Assembly (NCBI GenBank): GCA_963726245.1
Contig: CAVSBT010000030.1
Location: forward strand, 32,001 to 96,000
DNA: 64,000 bases
Direction of reading: 5' to 3'
From: an uncultured Chloroflexia bacterium
GTDB lineage: Bacteria; Chloroflexota; Dehalococcoidia; DSTF01; JALHUB01
The notes beneath the pieces are model-generated. The model ran no database searches, was not told the origin of the DNA, and saw only the letters and a program-made list of their open reading frames with translations. Shown here in pieces: positions 42,552 through 53,749 of the stretch. Numbering within the stretch: position 1 is the stretch's first letter; each line of letters begins with the position of its first letter. The position numbers and the translations under genes are program-made.

Positions 42552-43749
42552 GTGCACACAAGACCAGCGGCGGAAAGGCGTGGTAGCAGGCTGCCCACGC
42601 TCCTGGCGGGTATCCTGGTCCTGGGACTCGTGGGGCTTCTGCTCGCCGCCTGCGGCGGGAGTGACAACAACAGCGGCTCGGCAAGTCCCACAGCCACGCG
42701 GCCGGCGGGCAGCCAGCCATCGCCGAGCGCCCAGGCAGCGACGTCCTGCCCGCCCCCAGGAGCGGCGACCTCACTCACGGGCGCCGGCGCCACCTTCCCC
42801 TTCCCCCTGTACTCCAAGTGGATCTCCGAGTTCGACAAGCAGTGCAACGTCCAGATCAACTACCAGTCCATCGGCTCCGGGGGCGGCATCAAGCAGATCA
42901 CCGCTAAGACAGTAGACTTCGGGGCCAGCGACGGCATCATGAACGACGAGCAGACGGCCGCTGCTGAGGCCGCCGGGGGGCCCATCCTCCACATCCCGAT
43001 GACGGTCGGCGCAGTCGCCGTGGCATTCAACCTGTCGGGCGTCCAGAGCGGCCAGCTCAGACTCGCCCCCGACGTCCTGGCGGACATCTACTTGAAGAAG
43101 ATCACCAAGTGGAACGATCCCCGCATCGCGGCCGACAACTCGGGCGTCAACCTGCCGGACACGGACATCGCCGTCGTTCACCGCTCCGACGGCTCCGGCA
43201 CGAGCTTCATCTTCACCAACTACCTGTCCAAGGTGAGCCAGGAGTGGAGCGACAAGGTGAGCTACGCCACGTCGGTGCAGTGGCCGGGCGATATCGGCGG
43301 CGAGGGGAATGAGGGCGTGGCCAACCAGGTGCGCCAGAATCCCCGGCGCCATCGGCTATGTGGAGCTAGCGTACGCCGTCCAGAACAATCTGCCCTGGGC
43401 TGCGATTCGCAACAAGAGCGGCACGTTCGAGGAGCCCAGCCTGGACGGAGCCACGGCCGCGGCCACAGGCATACCGCTGCCCGATGACATGAAGGTGCTC
43501 CTGACCGACTCCTCGAACCCCAACGCCTACCCCATCGTAGGGTTCACATGGATACTTGCCTACGTGAACCAAAGCGACCAGGCGAAGGGCCAGGCGCTGG
43601 TCTACTACCTGTGGTGGTCCATTCACGACGGCCAGCAATTCAACAAGGACCTGCTCTACGCGTCCCTCTCGCCGGAAGCAGTGAAGAAGGCGGAGGCGGA
43701 GATCAAGTCGATCAGCTACCAGGGGCAGCCCCTGCTGCAGGTCCCCTAG
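42552..43749 (+). CDS. pstS: Phosphate ABC transporter substrate-binding lipoprotein (frameshift ~43340)
   Basis: LAAC lipobox, GAGATFP, YQSIGSGGG, DFGASD, HRSDGSGTS. Confidence 0.95.
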
Positions 43750-43769
43750 CAGGGTGATGAGGACAAGAA

Positions 43770-44756
43770 GTGCGGCCAGGGAGAGGCGGCTCAACAACGG
43801 CGCCAGCCATGGCGAGGCGTAGGCGCCGGGGCTTCGGCAACTGGAGCGACGCCCTATTCAGAGGCATCTTCGCTGGGATGGGGCTCTCGGTGCTGGCGCT
43901 GGCTTTCTTCCTGACCTACGAGCTGGTGCTCCAGTCGCGCGAGTCAATCAGCGCCTTCGGCTGGGGCTTTCTCACCGGCACGCACTGGGACGCGGCGCAT
44001 CGGGTGTTTGGGGCGGCGCCCGCCATCTACGGGACGGTCATCAGCTCCCTCATCGCCCTCGTCCTGGCGGTACCTGTCAGCCTGGGAGCGGCCATCTTCC
44101 TCTCGGAGATGGCGCCACCCTGGCTGCGGACCCCCCTGTCCTTCCTCGTCGAGATGCTGGCGGCAATCCCCAGCGTCGTGCTGGGGCTGTGGGGTATCTA
44201 CGTCTTGAATCCCTGGGTGGGGGACTTCTTGGAGACGTCGACGCTCAGCCATCTTAGCTTCATCCCCCTTTTCCGTGGGCATATCTTCGGCGGTTTTGGA
44301 ATGCTGTCGGCCGGCCTGGTCCTGGCGATCATGGTCCTGCCCATCATCACCGCCATCAGCCGGGACGTGATGCAGGCCGTGCCGGCAAGCCAGCGGGAGG
44401 CGATGGTGGCCCTGGGTGCCACCAAGTGGGAGGTCATTCTAGGGTCCGTGCTCCCGTATTGCCGGTCGGGCCTGGTGGGGGCGGTCATCCTCGGCCTGGG
44501 CCGGGCCCTTGGCGAGACGATGGCGGTCACGATGGTGATCGGCAAGGGCTACAACATCACCGCCGCTCTGTTCGAGCCTGCCAGCACCGCCGCCAGCACC
44601 CTGGCGAGCGAGTTCAACGAGGCCACGTTCAGCCTCTATACCTCTGCGCTGGTGGAGCTCGCGCTCCTCCTCATGGGCATAACCCTCCTGGTGAACGTAC
44701 TGGCCAGGCTTCTGGTATGGCGGGTGGCCCGCTCGCCGGAGCTGATCGCGGAATGA
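43770..44756 (+). CDS. pstC: Phosphate ABC transporter permease
   Basis: LAAIPSVVLGLWG, GLGRALGETMAV. Confidence 0.95.
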   Translation: MRPGRGGSTTAPAMARRRRRGFGNWSDALFRGIFAGMGLSVLALAFFLTYELVLQSRESISAFGWGFLTGTHWDAAHRVFGAAPAIYGTVISSLIALVLAVPVSLGAAIFLSEMAPPWLRTPLSFLVEMLAAIPSVVLGLWGIYVLNPWVGDFLETSTLSHLSFIPLFRGHIFGGFGMLSAGLVLAIMVLPIITAISRDVMQAVPASQREAMVALGATKWEVILGSVLPYCRSGLVGAVILGLGRALGETMAVTMVIGKGYNITAALFEPASTAASTLASEFNEATFSLYTSALVELALLLMGITLLVNVLARLLVWRVARSPELIAE

Positions 44757-45592
44757 GCGGCATCACCTACCGGCGGCGGAAGACCGCGAGCGCAATGGCG
44801 CTCGGCTTCTGTGCGGCCTCCGCCTTCGTGGCGGTGGGAGTGCTGGCGCTTATCCTGGGCTTTGTGCTGGTCAACGGCATCAGGTCTCTGAACCTGGACT
44901 TCTTCACCCAAATGCCGACACCCTTGGGCGAGCCGGGCGGAGGTGTCGCGAACTCCATAGCCGGCTCGCTGCTGACCATCGGCATCGCCGCCTTCATCGG
45001 GATTCCCGTAGGCGTGGGAGCGGGCGTCTTCCTGTCCGAGTACGCGGGCGCCCGCCTGGCGAACGTCATCCGTTTCACCGCCGACGTCTTGACCGGCGTC
45101 CCCTCCATCGTGGTTGGCGTCTTCGTCTATGGCGCAATAGTGCTCAAGATGGGGCACTTCTCAGCCCTGGCGGGCGGGATCGCCCTGGCCATCATCATGC
45201 TGCCCATCGTCGCCCGCTCCAGCGAGGAGATGCTGAAGCTGGTCCCTCGCTCCCAGCGAGAGGCCGCCCTCGCACTCGGCATCACCCGCTGGCGGACCAT
45301 CTTCAGCGTCATCATCCCGGCGGCGCGCCGAGGGCTGGTCACCGGCGGTCTCCTGGCCGTGGCGAGAGCGGGGGGTGAGACTGCGCCCCTCATCTTCACC
45401 GTCCTCGGCAACCGTTTGTGGACCCTGAGCGTCACCGGCGGCCCCGTCGACGCCTTGCCGCTACGCATCTGGCGTTATGGTACCGGCCCTTACCCCGAGT
45501 GGCACCAGCAGGCCTGGGCGGCGTCCTTCGTCCTGGTCATGATGGTGTTCGTCATCAGCCTGACAGCCCGACTCGTCTTGAACAGGAAGTGA
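44753..45592 (+). CDS. pstA: Phosphate ABC transporter permease
   Basis: [26 protein letters not shown]. Confidence 0.95.
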   Translation: MSGITYRRRKTASAMALGFCAASAFVAVGVLALILGFVLVNGIRSLNLDFFTQMPTPLGEPGGGVANSIAGSLLTIGIAAFIGIPVGVGAGVFLSEYAGARLANVIRFTADVLTGVPSIVVGVFVYGAIVLKMGHFSALAGGIALAIIMLPIVARSSEEMLKLVPRSQREAALALGITRWRTIFSVIIPAARRGLVTGGLLAVARAGGETAPLIFTVLGNRLWTLSVTGGPVDALPLRIWRYGTGPYPEWHQQAWAASFVLVMMVFVISLTARLVLNRK

Positions 45593-45605
45593 CGCGAGAC
45601 CCACG

Positions 45606-46481
45606 ATGAAGACCGATTCCCAACTCAAGAGCGAGGCCCCTATAATGGCCTATGAGATGCGTGTAGAGAGCGAAGCCCAAGGCGCGGTTTCTGAGACGGA
45701 GGCCCTGTCAGAGGGGCTGGTCGTCCGTGACCTGAACGCCTGGTACGGGTCGTTCCAGGCCCTGCGCGGCGTCGGCCTGCTGGTGGCGCCCAGACGCATC
45801 ACCGCCATCATCGGCCCTTCCGGCTGCGGCAAGTCGACGCTGATACGGTGCTTCAACAGGATGCACGAGGTGACCCCCGGGGCACGGGTCGCGGGTGAGG
45901 TGCTCCTGAGAGGAGAGGACATCTACGCTTCCGGAACGGACGCCGTAGTGGTTCGCCGGCGTGTTGGCATGGTCTTCCAGAAGCCAAACCCTTTCCCCAC
46001 GATGTCCATCTTCGACAACGTGGCGGCCGGCCTGCGCCTCAACGGCTTCCTTGTGCGCCGAAGCGAGATGACGGACACGGTGGAGCGCAGCCTGCGGCAA
46101 GCCGCCCTCTGGGATGAGGTGAAGGACAAGCCCAACCGGCCGGCCACGGAGCTCTCCGGCGGCCAGCAGCAGCGACTCTGCATCGCCCGCGCCCTGGCCA
46201 TCGAGCCTGAGGTTATCCTCATGGACGAGCCCTGCAGCGCCCTGGATCCCGTCGCGACTCTCAAGATCGAGGACCTCATGCGGGAGCTGGCCCGCGAGTA
46301 CACCATCATCATCGTCACCCACAACATGCAGCAGGCCGCCCGTGTCTCGGACTACACGGCGGTGATGATGATGGCCGAGGACGGAGCGGGGGAGATGATA
46401 GAGTTCGGCTCCACGCGGGAGGTCTTCACCTACCCCAAGGAGAAGCGGACCGAGGACTACATCACCGGCCGGTTCGGCTAA
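45606..46481 (+). CDS. pstB: Phosphate ABC transporter ATPase
   Basis: [40 protein letters not shown]. Confidence 0.97.
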   Translation: MKTDSQLKSEAPIMAYEMRVESEAQGAVSETEALSEGLVVRDLNAWYGSFQALRGVGLLVAPRRITAIIGPSGCGKSTLIRCFNRMHEVTPGARVAGEVLLRGEDIYASGTDAVVVRRRVGMVFQKPNPFPTMSIFDNVAAGLRLNGFLVRRSEMTDTVERSLRQAALWDEVKDKPNRPATELSGGQQQRLCIARALAIEPEVILMDEPCSALDPVATLKIEDLMRELAREYTIIIVTHNMQQAARVSDYTAVMMMAEDGAGEMIEFGSTREVFTYPKEKRTEDYITGRFG

Positions 46482-46496
46482 GAGGGAACACAAGCC

Positions 46497-47162
46497 ATGA
46501 CCCGCACCGCCTTAGAACGCCAGCTTGCCGAGATCCAGGAGGACATGCTGGTCCTGGCCAACATGGTGGCGAGCGCCATCGACCGGGGCATCCAGGCCTT
46601 GCGCAATCGTGACGTAGAGCTGGCCCATCAGATCATCGCCGACGACCTCAAGATCAACCGCAAGCGCTACGATCTCGAGGAGAAGTGCCTGGAGCTCATG
46701 GCCACCCAACAGCCCCTCGCCACTGACCTCCGCACTATTATCGCCGTGCTCTACATCATCGTTGACCTGGAGCGCATGGGCGACCACGCCGAAGGGATCG
46801 CCAAGGTCGCCCTCATGCTGGCCGACGAGCCTCCCCTCAAGCCCTACATCGACATCCCGCGCATGGCCCAAATCGCTAACGGGATGCTTATGGGCAGCCT
46901 CGAGGCTTTCAAAGCCCGCGACGCAGACCAGGCCCGCGCCATCTGCGACGCTGACGACGAGGTTGACGCCCTCTACGATCAGGTCTACAGGGAGCTTCTA
47001 ACGTTCATGCTCCAGGACCCGCGCACCATCCAGCGCGCCACCCATCTCACCTGGGTAGCCCACAACCTGGAGCGCATCGCCGACCGGGCGACTAATATCT
47101 GCGAGCGGGTCGTCTATCTGGTGGAAGGCAAGACAGAGGACCTGAACGTCTCCAAGTACTGA
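46497..47162 (+). CDS. phoU: Phosphate signalling protein PhoU
   Basis: QQPLATDLR, DLERMGDHA, DDEVD, LERIADRATNICE. Confidence 0.97.
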   Translation: MTRTALERQLAEIQEDMLVLANMVASAIDRGIQALRNRDVELAHQIIADDLKINRKRYDLEEKCLELMATQQPLATDLRTIIAVLYIIVDLERMGDHAEGIAKVALMLADEPPLKPYIDIPRMAQIANGMLMGSLEAFKARDADQARAICDADDEVDALYDQVYRELLTFMLQDPRTIQRATHLTWVAHNLERIADRATNICERVVYLVEGKTEDLNVSKY

Positions 47163-47200
47163 GCCGGGGCCACCGCTGGGTCTCGCAGCCCCAAATGAAG

Positions 47201-47229
47201 ATCGGCCGGCATTCTGATGGCCGGCCGAT
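47201..47229. terminator. Hairpin after phoU
   Basis: ATCGGCCGGC-N9-GCCGGCCGAT between convergent units. Confidence 0.5.
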
Positions 47230-47265
47230 TCGTGTTGCCTGCAAGCATGAGGGATTGGCGTCTAC

Positions 47266-47883
47266 CTACTCCGCCACCTCCATGGCGATGTCACTGTGGT
47301 CGTCCAGATGTGGGATCAGCCCGCGCCGAAGGGCCAGAGTGGCGGCCTGGACGCGGTTGGCGGCGCTCCTGACTTCCGGCGGCCGCGACCGCCTGACTGT
47401 CGGCGTTGCCCTGTGCGCTGAGGCAACTACGACGACTGCCTTCGACGGCACCTTCGGCACCTCGTAAGTAGTGCGGGCCAGCGAACGTTGCTCGGTTGCA
47501 GATCTGCCCGCGGCCTTCCTCCGCCGAAGCCACTTGGCACCTCCCAATCCGAGCACTGCTGCGAAGAGAGACAGCGGGACCGCTAGCGCGGCTATTGGAA
47601 ACGAACCCTCTGAGGTCTCCCCTGCCCCAGTCTTAGGTTCGGCTTGCTGGGCAGGCGCGGGCATGGATGGTGGGGGTGCTGGTGGTCGGAGGCTACGGCA
47701 CGCCCGTTCAGCACTACCCGTCGCGGAGCCCTGCGTAAGGACGACCTTGACCGAGCGGTCCTGAAAAGCCGCCGGGGACGACGCGCCAGAAGAAGGACGA
47801 CGGCCAGCGTCCTGAGTTTCATCGCGCGTCTCGCGGTTGGTCGGGGCCGTCCCTGCGCTGGCGGAACTGTTGATTGTGCCCAA
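47266..47883 (-). pseudogene. Mosaic remnant: sortase-signal-like tail plus LuxR-HTH-like end
   Basis: EPKTG + hydrophobic stretch + RRRK; ends AANRVQAATLALRRGLI. Confidence 0.3.
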
Positions 47884-47885
47884 GC

Positions 47886-48260
47886 TTAGCCCGAACCAAC
47901 CGGGGCTTCATTCTCAGCGTCCGAGGACGAGAGCCTGGCACCGACGCTTAACCCAGCGCGGTCAACAAACCCCGGCGGTAGTTCGAGCACGCTGTGCGCC
48001 CGCCGCCCACCCATCGAGAGACGGAATGGACGGAGACGTGAGCACGTCTTTACCACCGTCCCGTCAGAGGCCAGATAGGCCACATCGATGGGGAACCTCA
48101 TGAAGAATGTGTGGATGGACCTGCAGGGCCTGATCCACAGTCCCTGACCCTCGGGGGGTCCCTTGCGGCCCAGTAGGCCTACAGCCCGAGTCCAAGGATT
48201 CTCGGCCACCTCAGCCAGGCACAGCTGATGGCCGGCTACATGAATCTGGACTAGTCTCAT
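47886..48260 (-). CDS. DUF192 family protein
   Basis: RAVGLLGR, PCRSIHTFFMRFPIDV, VLELP. Confidence 0.9.
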   Translation of the reverse strand: MRLVQIHVAGHQLCLAEVAENPWTRAVGLLGRKGPPEGQGLWIRPCRSIHTFFMRFPIDVAYLASDGTVVKTCSRLRPFRLSMGGRRAHSVLELPPGFVDRAGLSVGARLSSSDAENEAPVGSG

Positions 48261-49575
48261 GAGGCCTTGGACTTGAGGAAGTATGTGTGGCAGACCTCGT
48301 CCAGCGACTCCGGCGTCACGACCGGCTGGCCACTCTCGCTGTACCGCGCCGAGTCGACGATTGCGTCGATGAGATCGCGGGGGTGGCAGCCGCGCAGCGC
48401 ACGCTGCTGCGGCTCATACCACTGCTTGAAAAGGTAGTCGACCGCCTCGCCGCGGAACTCGATGCCTTGTTCCCCGCAGACCCGCGCGAAGATGGCGCGG
48501 AACTCCTCTGGAGTGGGGTCCGGGATCTCCACGTTGTAGCGTATGCGCCGCCAGGAATGCCTCGTCCGCCAGGGCTTCCGGCGGCAGGTTGGTGGAGAAG
48601 AATGGAATGACGTCGAATGGCACTTCAATTGTCTGGCCCGTGTGCAGAGACAGGTGGTCGACACCACCCTCTAGCGCGACGATCCAGCGGTTCAGTAGCT
48701 CCACCGCCGGTATCTGCTGCCTGCCGAAGTCGTCGATGATCAGGATGCCGCCGTTAGCCTTCATCTGCAGCGGCGCCTCGTAAACCTTCGACCGCTCGTC
48801 GAGCACGAGCTCCAGGCCCTGACGCGTCAGTTCGCCGCCCGTCAGCACAGCGGGGCGTCGCGCGATCGCCCAGCGACGGTCGTGTCTGCGCGTGTGTACG
48901 TCCCTTCCCTTCTCAGCGTAGTCCGCCAATTCGTGTTTCGACGGATCGAAGAGCCGGACGATGTGGCCGTACACCTCCAGTGCATAGGGAACGGCGATGT
49001 AGCCTGAAAGCGCCTGGCCCAGCAGGTGGGCGATTGTCGTCTTGCCGTTGCCGGAGGGCCCATAGATCAGTGTCGGCCGGCCTGAGAATATGGCCCGCCC
49101 GACGCGATTCCTGGTGTGTTCGCTGAGCACGAGCTGGGAGAGCGCCTTTGGGACGACCTCCGCGGTGAAGCCGCTACCGCCCGCAGACTGGAGTCGCACC
49201 TGGGCGATGTATTCTTTCAGAGGGACCGGTGCCTGCCCGATGTATGAGTTGCGCTCGAAGGCGACGCGCCGCGCGCTCCAACCCTCGACTGCTGAGCCGG
49301 TAGCGATAGCTGGCGGGTCCCTGGCCCTCGCCGGCGACGGTCTCGCAGAGGCCGTCGCCTGTGAGCAGCGCCAGTGCCTCCTGCATGACCGGTAGCGAGA
49401 GAGCCAGTGTGTCCGCAAGGTCGTCGGCCGTTGGTCGGGCGCTGTAGTAGAGCGCCTTCAGCGCCAGCTCGATGACGAAGGCGGCATCGAGCCCCGTGTC
49501 GCGCAGGTAGGCGGGCTCACGAGGGAGTTGCTCGTCCAGCTCCGCCGGCTCGACTGTTTGAGACGGGTAGCGCAT
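48257..49575 (-). CDS. Tad-locus-associated AAA+ ATPase (frameshifts ~49270 and ~48550)
   Basis: YIGQAPV, GPSGNGKT, APLQMKANGG, IDDFGRQ, FSTNL, CHPRDL. Confidence 0.85.
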
Positions 49576-49577
49576 CT

Positions 49578-51188
49578 CTATTCATGCCTTTCCGGAATCT
49601 CTTCCGCATTCGCCACGGCACCGTGCTCTGTCGTCAAGAAGTCGGGTGGAGTGTCCTGGGCTGCGACTGCCTCGAACCTCAACCGATACGGCCCGATCTC
49701 TATCTCGTCGCCGTCGTCGAGGCTGGCCCAGCTCACTCTCTGCCCGCAGAGGACCGTCGGGTGCATCGGGTCCAGCGAGCGAATGATGAAACGTTCGCCG
49801 GTGAACCAGATCTGCGCGTGAGCAGGTGCAACGTCATCCGCTTCCGTCTTCAGGCTGATGTCGCACTCGCGATCCGTCCCCAGTGTGACTGGTTCCTCGC
49901 CTAAAGCTAAGGCGTCCTGATCGCCGCCGGGACCGCGAACGACGAGCCGCCCCAGGCAAGGACGATCCCGTTCTGTCCCGTTCGCCTTTGCGGAAGACGG
50001 AGCTGTGTCGTGCAACAGACGGTCGTCAGGCAGCGGACCGGGCGGTTGCTTGAGCGGCCGGTTCCGTCGCAATCGCTCACTGCCGCGCCATGCAGCCTTT
50101 ATTGCCAGGGCCAAGCCTTTGCCGCCGGTCTTCGCCAGCCATAAGAGACCACGATAGCCCAGGCGCACCGCAACGACCGCGACCCGAGTTCCCCCCTCTG
50201 CAACGGCAACAATCGCTTTGAATGCCGGGGATGCCTCTCGCACCTGCCATCCGGGCCCTGCCGTTTGTTCCCTCGGCTGTCGCGCTTGGGGTTCGCCGGC
50301 CGGGCTCTCGAGGTGCACTTTCGTGGTCTTCTGGTCCCGCTTAGCTTCCGGCGCCGGTAGTACCTCTCGCACCTGCCATCCGGGCCCTGCCGTTTGTTCC
50401 CTGGGCTGTCGCGCTTGGGGTTCGCCGGCCGGGCTCTCGAGGTGCACTTTCGTGGTCTTCTGGTCCCGCTTAGCTTCCGGCGCCGGTAGTACCTCTCGCA
50501 CCTGCCATCCGGGCCCTGCCGTTTGTTCCCTGGGCTGTCGCACTTGGGGTTCGCCGGCCGGGCTCTCGAGGTGCACTTTCGTGGTCTTCTGGTCCGGCTT
50601 AGCTTCCGGCGCCGGTAATGCCTCGAGAGCAAGCGATGCCCGGCTGCGGGACTCGTCGTAAGCCGCGCGTCGCGAGCGATCGAGGAGGACGGATCGTGCC
50701 TGCACCAACTCCTCGAGATAGTTCCCCTGGGGCTTGCCGATCGCTTCTTTCGAGTTGAGTGTCCGCAGTATCGAGTAGGCGCGGGCAATGAGCGGCGTCC
50801 CAGCCGCGGGGTCGACGCGCAGTAACTCGTAGTAGTCGACCGGCAAGCCCTGGCGCTTCTTGAACAGACTGAAAGGGAAAGAAGCCTTTTCCTGGAGCTG
50901 CGCTTTCCCGGCCCGTTCCCGCCGCAACTCCCGTACGCGGGGCACCGTCGCGCCTACGACGCGACGGTGCCCCGCGACGGCGAGGACCTGGTAGGCGGCG
51001 TTGAGGGCGGCCAGCTCACGCTCGGCGCTCCTCCTGACCGCCAGCTCGGCTCGCAGCCTGCTCGCGAGATACCAGTAGGCCTCCGCGACGAGTTCTTGAG
51101 GTGCGTCGGGGTCGACCTGGAGGAGGCGATAGTAGCCGCTGACTTCTCCGGAAGAGCCGTGTTCGTCAGCGCGTTCCTGAGCTTCCAT
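49578..51188 (-). CDS. Protein with two degenerate J-like domains, 3x43-aa repeat and C-terminal FHA-like domain
   Basis: YYRLLQVDPDA and DYYELLRVDPAA...RRAAYD; VTLGTDRECDI...HAQI...LDDGDEIEIG. Confidence 0.7.
   Translation of the reverse strand: MEAQERADEHGSSGEVSGYYRLLQVDPDAPQELVAEAYWYLASRLRAELAVRRSAERELAALNAAYQVLAVAGHRRVVGATVPRVRELRRERAGKAQLQEKASFPFSLFKKRQGLPVDYYELLRVDPAAGTPLIARAYSILRTLNSKEAIGKPQGNYLEELVQARSVLLDRSRRAAYDESRSRASLALEALPAPEAKPDQKTTKVHLESPAGEPQVRQPREQTAGPGWQVREVLPAPEAKRDQKTTKVHLESPAGEPQARQPREQTAGPGWQVREVLPAPEAKRDQKTTKVHLESPAGEPQARQPREQTAGPGWQVREASPAFKAIVAVAEGGTRVAVVAVRLGYRGLLWLAKTGGKGLALAIKAAWRGSERLRRNRPLKQPPGPLPDDRLLHDTAPSSAKANGTERDRPCLGRLVVRGPGGDQDALALGEEPVTLGTDRECDISLKTEADDVAPAHAQIWFTGERFIIRSLDPMHPTVLCGQRVSWASLDDGDEIEIGPYRLRFEAVAAQDTPPDFLTTEHGAVANAEEIPERHE
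50234..50617. repeat. Coding tandem repeat, 3 x 129 bp
   Basis: Units start at 50234, 50363 and 50492; nearly identical. Confidence 0.95.
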
Positions 51189-51201
51189 GGCACGGCCCCC
51201 G

Positions 51202-52113
51202 CTACCGGTTGAAGGCCTTTACCACCTCAATGGCGACCGGCCCGAGGATCACGATGAAAAAGGACGGGAGAATGAAGAAGATGAGTGGGAACACCATCTT
51301 GCCCGGAGTGCGCCGTGCCTGCTCTTCCGCATGCTGCCGCCGGCGGCGGCGCATGTCATTCGCCTGGGCCCGCAGGGCGGCGCCGAGACTCGTACCGAGC
51401 TCTTCGGCCTGAACGATGGTGTTGGCGAAGGACTGAAGGTCGGCCACACCCGTACGCTCCCCCATATCCACCAAGGCCTCACGGCGGGTCTTGCCCATCG
51501 TGACTTCTCTTAACATCTCGGCGAACTCGTCGGAAACGGGGCCGCCGAGCTTGTCCGACACCTTCTGGAAGGTGGAGTCGAGCCCCAGACCGGATTCGAC
51601 GCAGGTCGTCATCAGGTCAAAGGCATCGGGCAGGCTGCGCCAGATGACCAGCCGACGCCGGCGGGCGCTACGTCGCAGCCAGAGGAAGGGCATCATCACG
51701 CCGAGGAGCGCGAATAGAGGCACGCCGACAACGGCCTTGCCTGAGACCAAGCCGCCGCCAGCTGCCCAGGCCAGAAGCAGAAAGGTGCAGGGCAGCAGCA
51801 TCACCAAGGCCACGACCACCGCGAAGAAGGTGACTAGAGCCATCGGCTCCCCGGCCGCAATGAGGTTACGACGCGTCCGCGCGATGAACGCCGGCGGCAA
51901 TGCGCCGATTATCGCGCTCGCGATCCCGTCGACGACTGGCAGCACCACCCGGTGCTCGAATGGGATCTCCCGGAGCGCCAGCGACTGCGCCTGCTGGTTC
52001 GCTAGAGTGCGCAGGCGTGCGTCGAGCTGCGCGTTCGCCTGCTGGAACCGCCAGACCGCGACCGACCCAACGGCGAGAAAGACGAAGACTGAACTGAGGA
52101 CCGGCAAGACCAT
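51202..52113 (-). CDS. tadC: Type II secretion system F family protein (TadC)
   Basis: LPDAFDLM..CVESGLG, QAEELGTS, AEEQA, KMVFPLIFFILP. Confidence 0.92.
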   Translation of the reverse strand: MVLPVLSSVFVFLAVGSVAVWRFQQANAQLDARLRTLANQQAQSLALREIPFEHRVVLPVVDGIASAIIGALPPAFIARTRRNLIAAGEPMALVTFFAVVVALVMLLPCTFLLLAWAAGGGLVSGKAVVGVPLFALLGVMMPFLWLRRSARRRRLVIWRSLPDAFDLMTTCVESGLGLDSTFQKVSDKLGGPVSDEFAEMLREVTMGKTRREALVDMGERTGVADLQSFANTIVQAEELGTSLGAALRAQANDMRRRRRQHAEEQARRTPGKMVFPLIFFILPSFFIVILGPVAIEVVKAFNR

Positions 52114-52121
52114 CTCTCTAC

Positions 52122-52415
52122 CTATATCTCTATGGCAACGATGCGCCGTATCGTGAGGAAGCCGATCACCTGAAAGACGGCGGCGATCACCAACAGCACT
52201 ATTCCAGCGGGCTCAGTCCACAGGTTGGACATGATATCCGGCGCGATCAAAAGGAAGAAGGCGCCCAACGCCACTGGCCATAACGATAGTACCAAGGCGG
52301 TGAAACGATGCTGCGCTGTCAGCACCATTATCTCGCCGCGAATACGGTCGCGGTCGCGGATAGTCTCCGCCACTTTATCCAGGGTCTCGGAGAGGTTGCC
52401 ACCGGTGCTGCGCTG
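52122..52415 (-). pseudogene. tadB: TadB C-terminal fragment
   Basis: QRSTGGNLSETLDKVAETIRDRDRIRGEI..LTAQ followed by two TM helices; N-terminus absent. Confidence 0.85.
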
Positions 52416-53691
52416 TAGCCGTCGATGTTGTCGAACTCGACGCCGTCAAACCCCTTAGTGCGGCAGAGCTCGAGCCGCGCCCCGATGATCGGGCCAAGCA
52501 CGTCCAGTTGCCTAATGTCGAGCCACCGCTCGCCCGGCCAGCCCTTGCTGTTTCCCAGGACCGACTGAGGGAAGTCGCCAGCATCAGGCCGCCAGTCCTC
52601 CCATGACCCCGCGCTGACGTGGCAGATCACCTTGCGCCCCTGGGCATGTAGGGTGGCGACGACGCTTGCGCTGTTGCCGAAGAGGTCGATGTCCCACATC
52701 TGGGCGTCGACAGAGGGATCCAGTTGACCGGTAAGCTGCCACTGCCAGGTAGTGGCCCGCGCGGGCCTCCAAACCGCCCCGGCGGTTGGCGTATTCGTAG
52801 GTGTCGGGGTGGCGGTGGCCGTTCGCGTTGCCGTGGGGGTGGGAGTCGCCGTGACGGTTGGACTGCGAGTAGCGGTTACGGCGTTGGCAGGCGTGGGCGC
52901 AGCAGTCTCGGTGTAGCTAGGCGTCGGTGTGTTGGTCGGCATCTTCGTGGGCGTGGGCGCCGCCTTGAACGTGACGATCTGCCCCCGCCAGGTACCGGAT
53001 ACGGTAGTGGTGGCCGTGGTGGAGTAGGTGCCGGTTGCCGTCGCTATGCGGTCCGCGCCGGCGAAAGTACGTATGGAGGAGGTCCCAAACTGGAAATCGA
53101 ACTGTTCATTGAAGGAGTTGGTCCAGCCGCTGAAACTGGTGGTGGCCCGGATGACCATCCCCACGATGAGGAGCTCGCTGGCCTGCGTGGTCGTCACGCT
53201 CCCTGAGGATGGGGAGCTACTGGTGCCCGTCGACGAGTTTGTCTGATCGAGCGGTGAGGAAGTGGTTATGCCGCTGTACTCGTAGATCTGCAGTCCCAGC
53301 ACGGACCTATTGTTCGACACGGTCACCGTGACCGTTCTGGACTCGGCGCTGCCGGCTATCTTTTAGAAGATGGCCTGCCCCGGCGTCCCGGTCTGGTTGA
53401 TGGCGGTTGACCAGCCGGTGGGCGTGTTGATGGTGCTGGTAGTTACTTGCGCCGAGATGCGACCAGCAGGTCGCCGGCGACCGGCGTGGCGTCGAAAGTG
53501 GCCGAGACGCTGGTAGTGAGGTTTCCTCCGCCGTATTCATTCTGGACGAGTGCGGGGTCCGGGGCCGCCGACACGGGGCGGTACCGCCCGGTCTGGATGT
53601 CGAGCACGGTGAGAGCCGTAGCCGCCATCGTCAAGAGGACGACAACAAGAGCGACTTGGAGAGTTCTAATCAGAGTCAAATTGCCGGGCAC
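52412..53691 (-). pseudogene. Secreted endo-alpha-1,4-polygalactosaminidase (GH114/Ega3-like) with N-terminal domain and PT linker, C-terminally truncated and frameshifted
   Basis: TWQWQL, WDIDLF, GRKVICHVSAGSWEDWRPD, WPGERWLDIR, KGFDGVEFDNIDGY, then abrupt switch to TadB. Confidence 0.85.
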
Positions 53692-53749
53692 CCCTCCTCA
53701 GTGACAATCGCCTATTCGCACGCGGAGCACAAACTCCCCATAGCCCTCT

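Noticed and set aside
50234-50617. 129-bp repeats as CRISPR or att sites
   Set aside because: Head-to-tail, in frame within a CDS, no spacers and no cas or integrase genes
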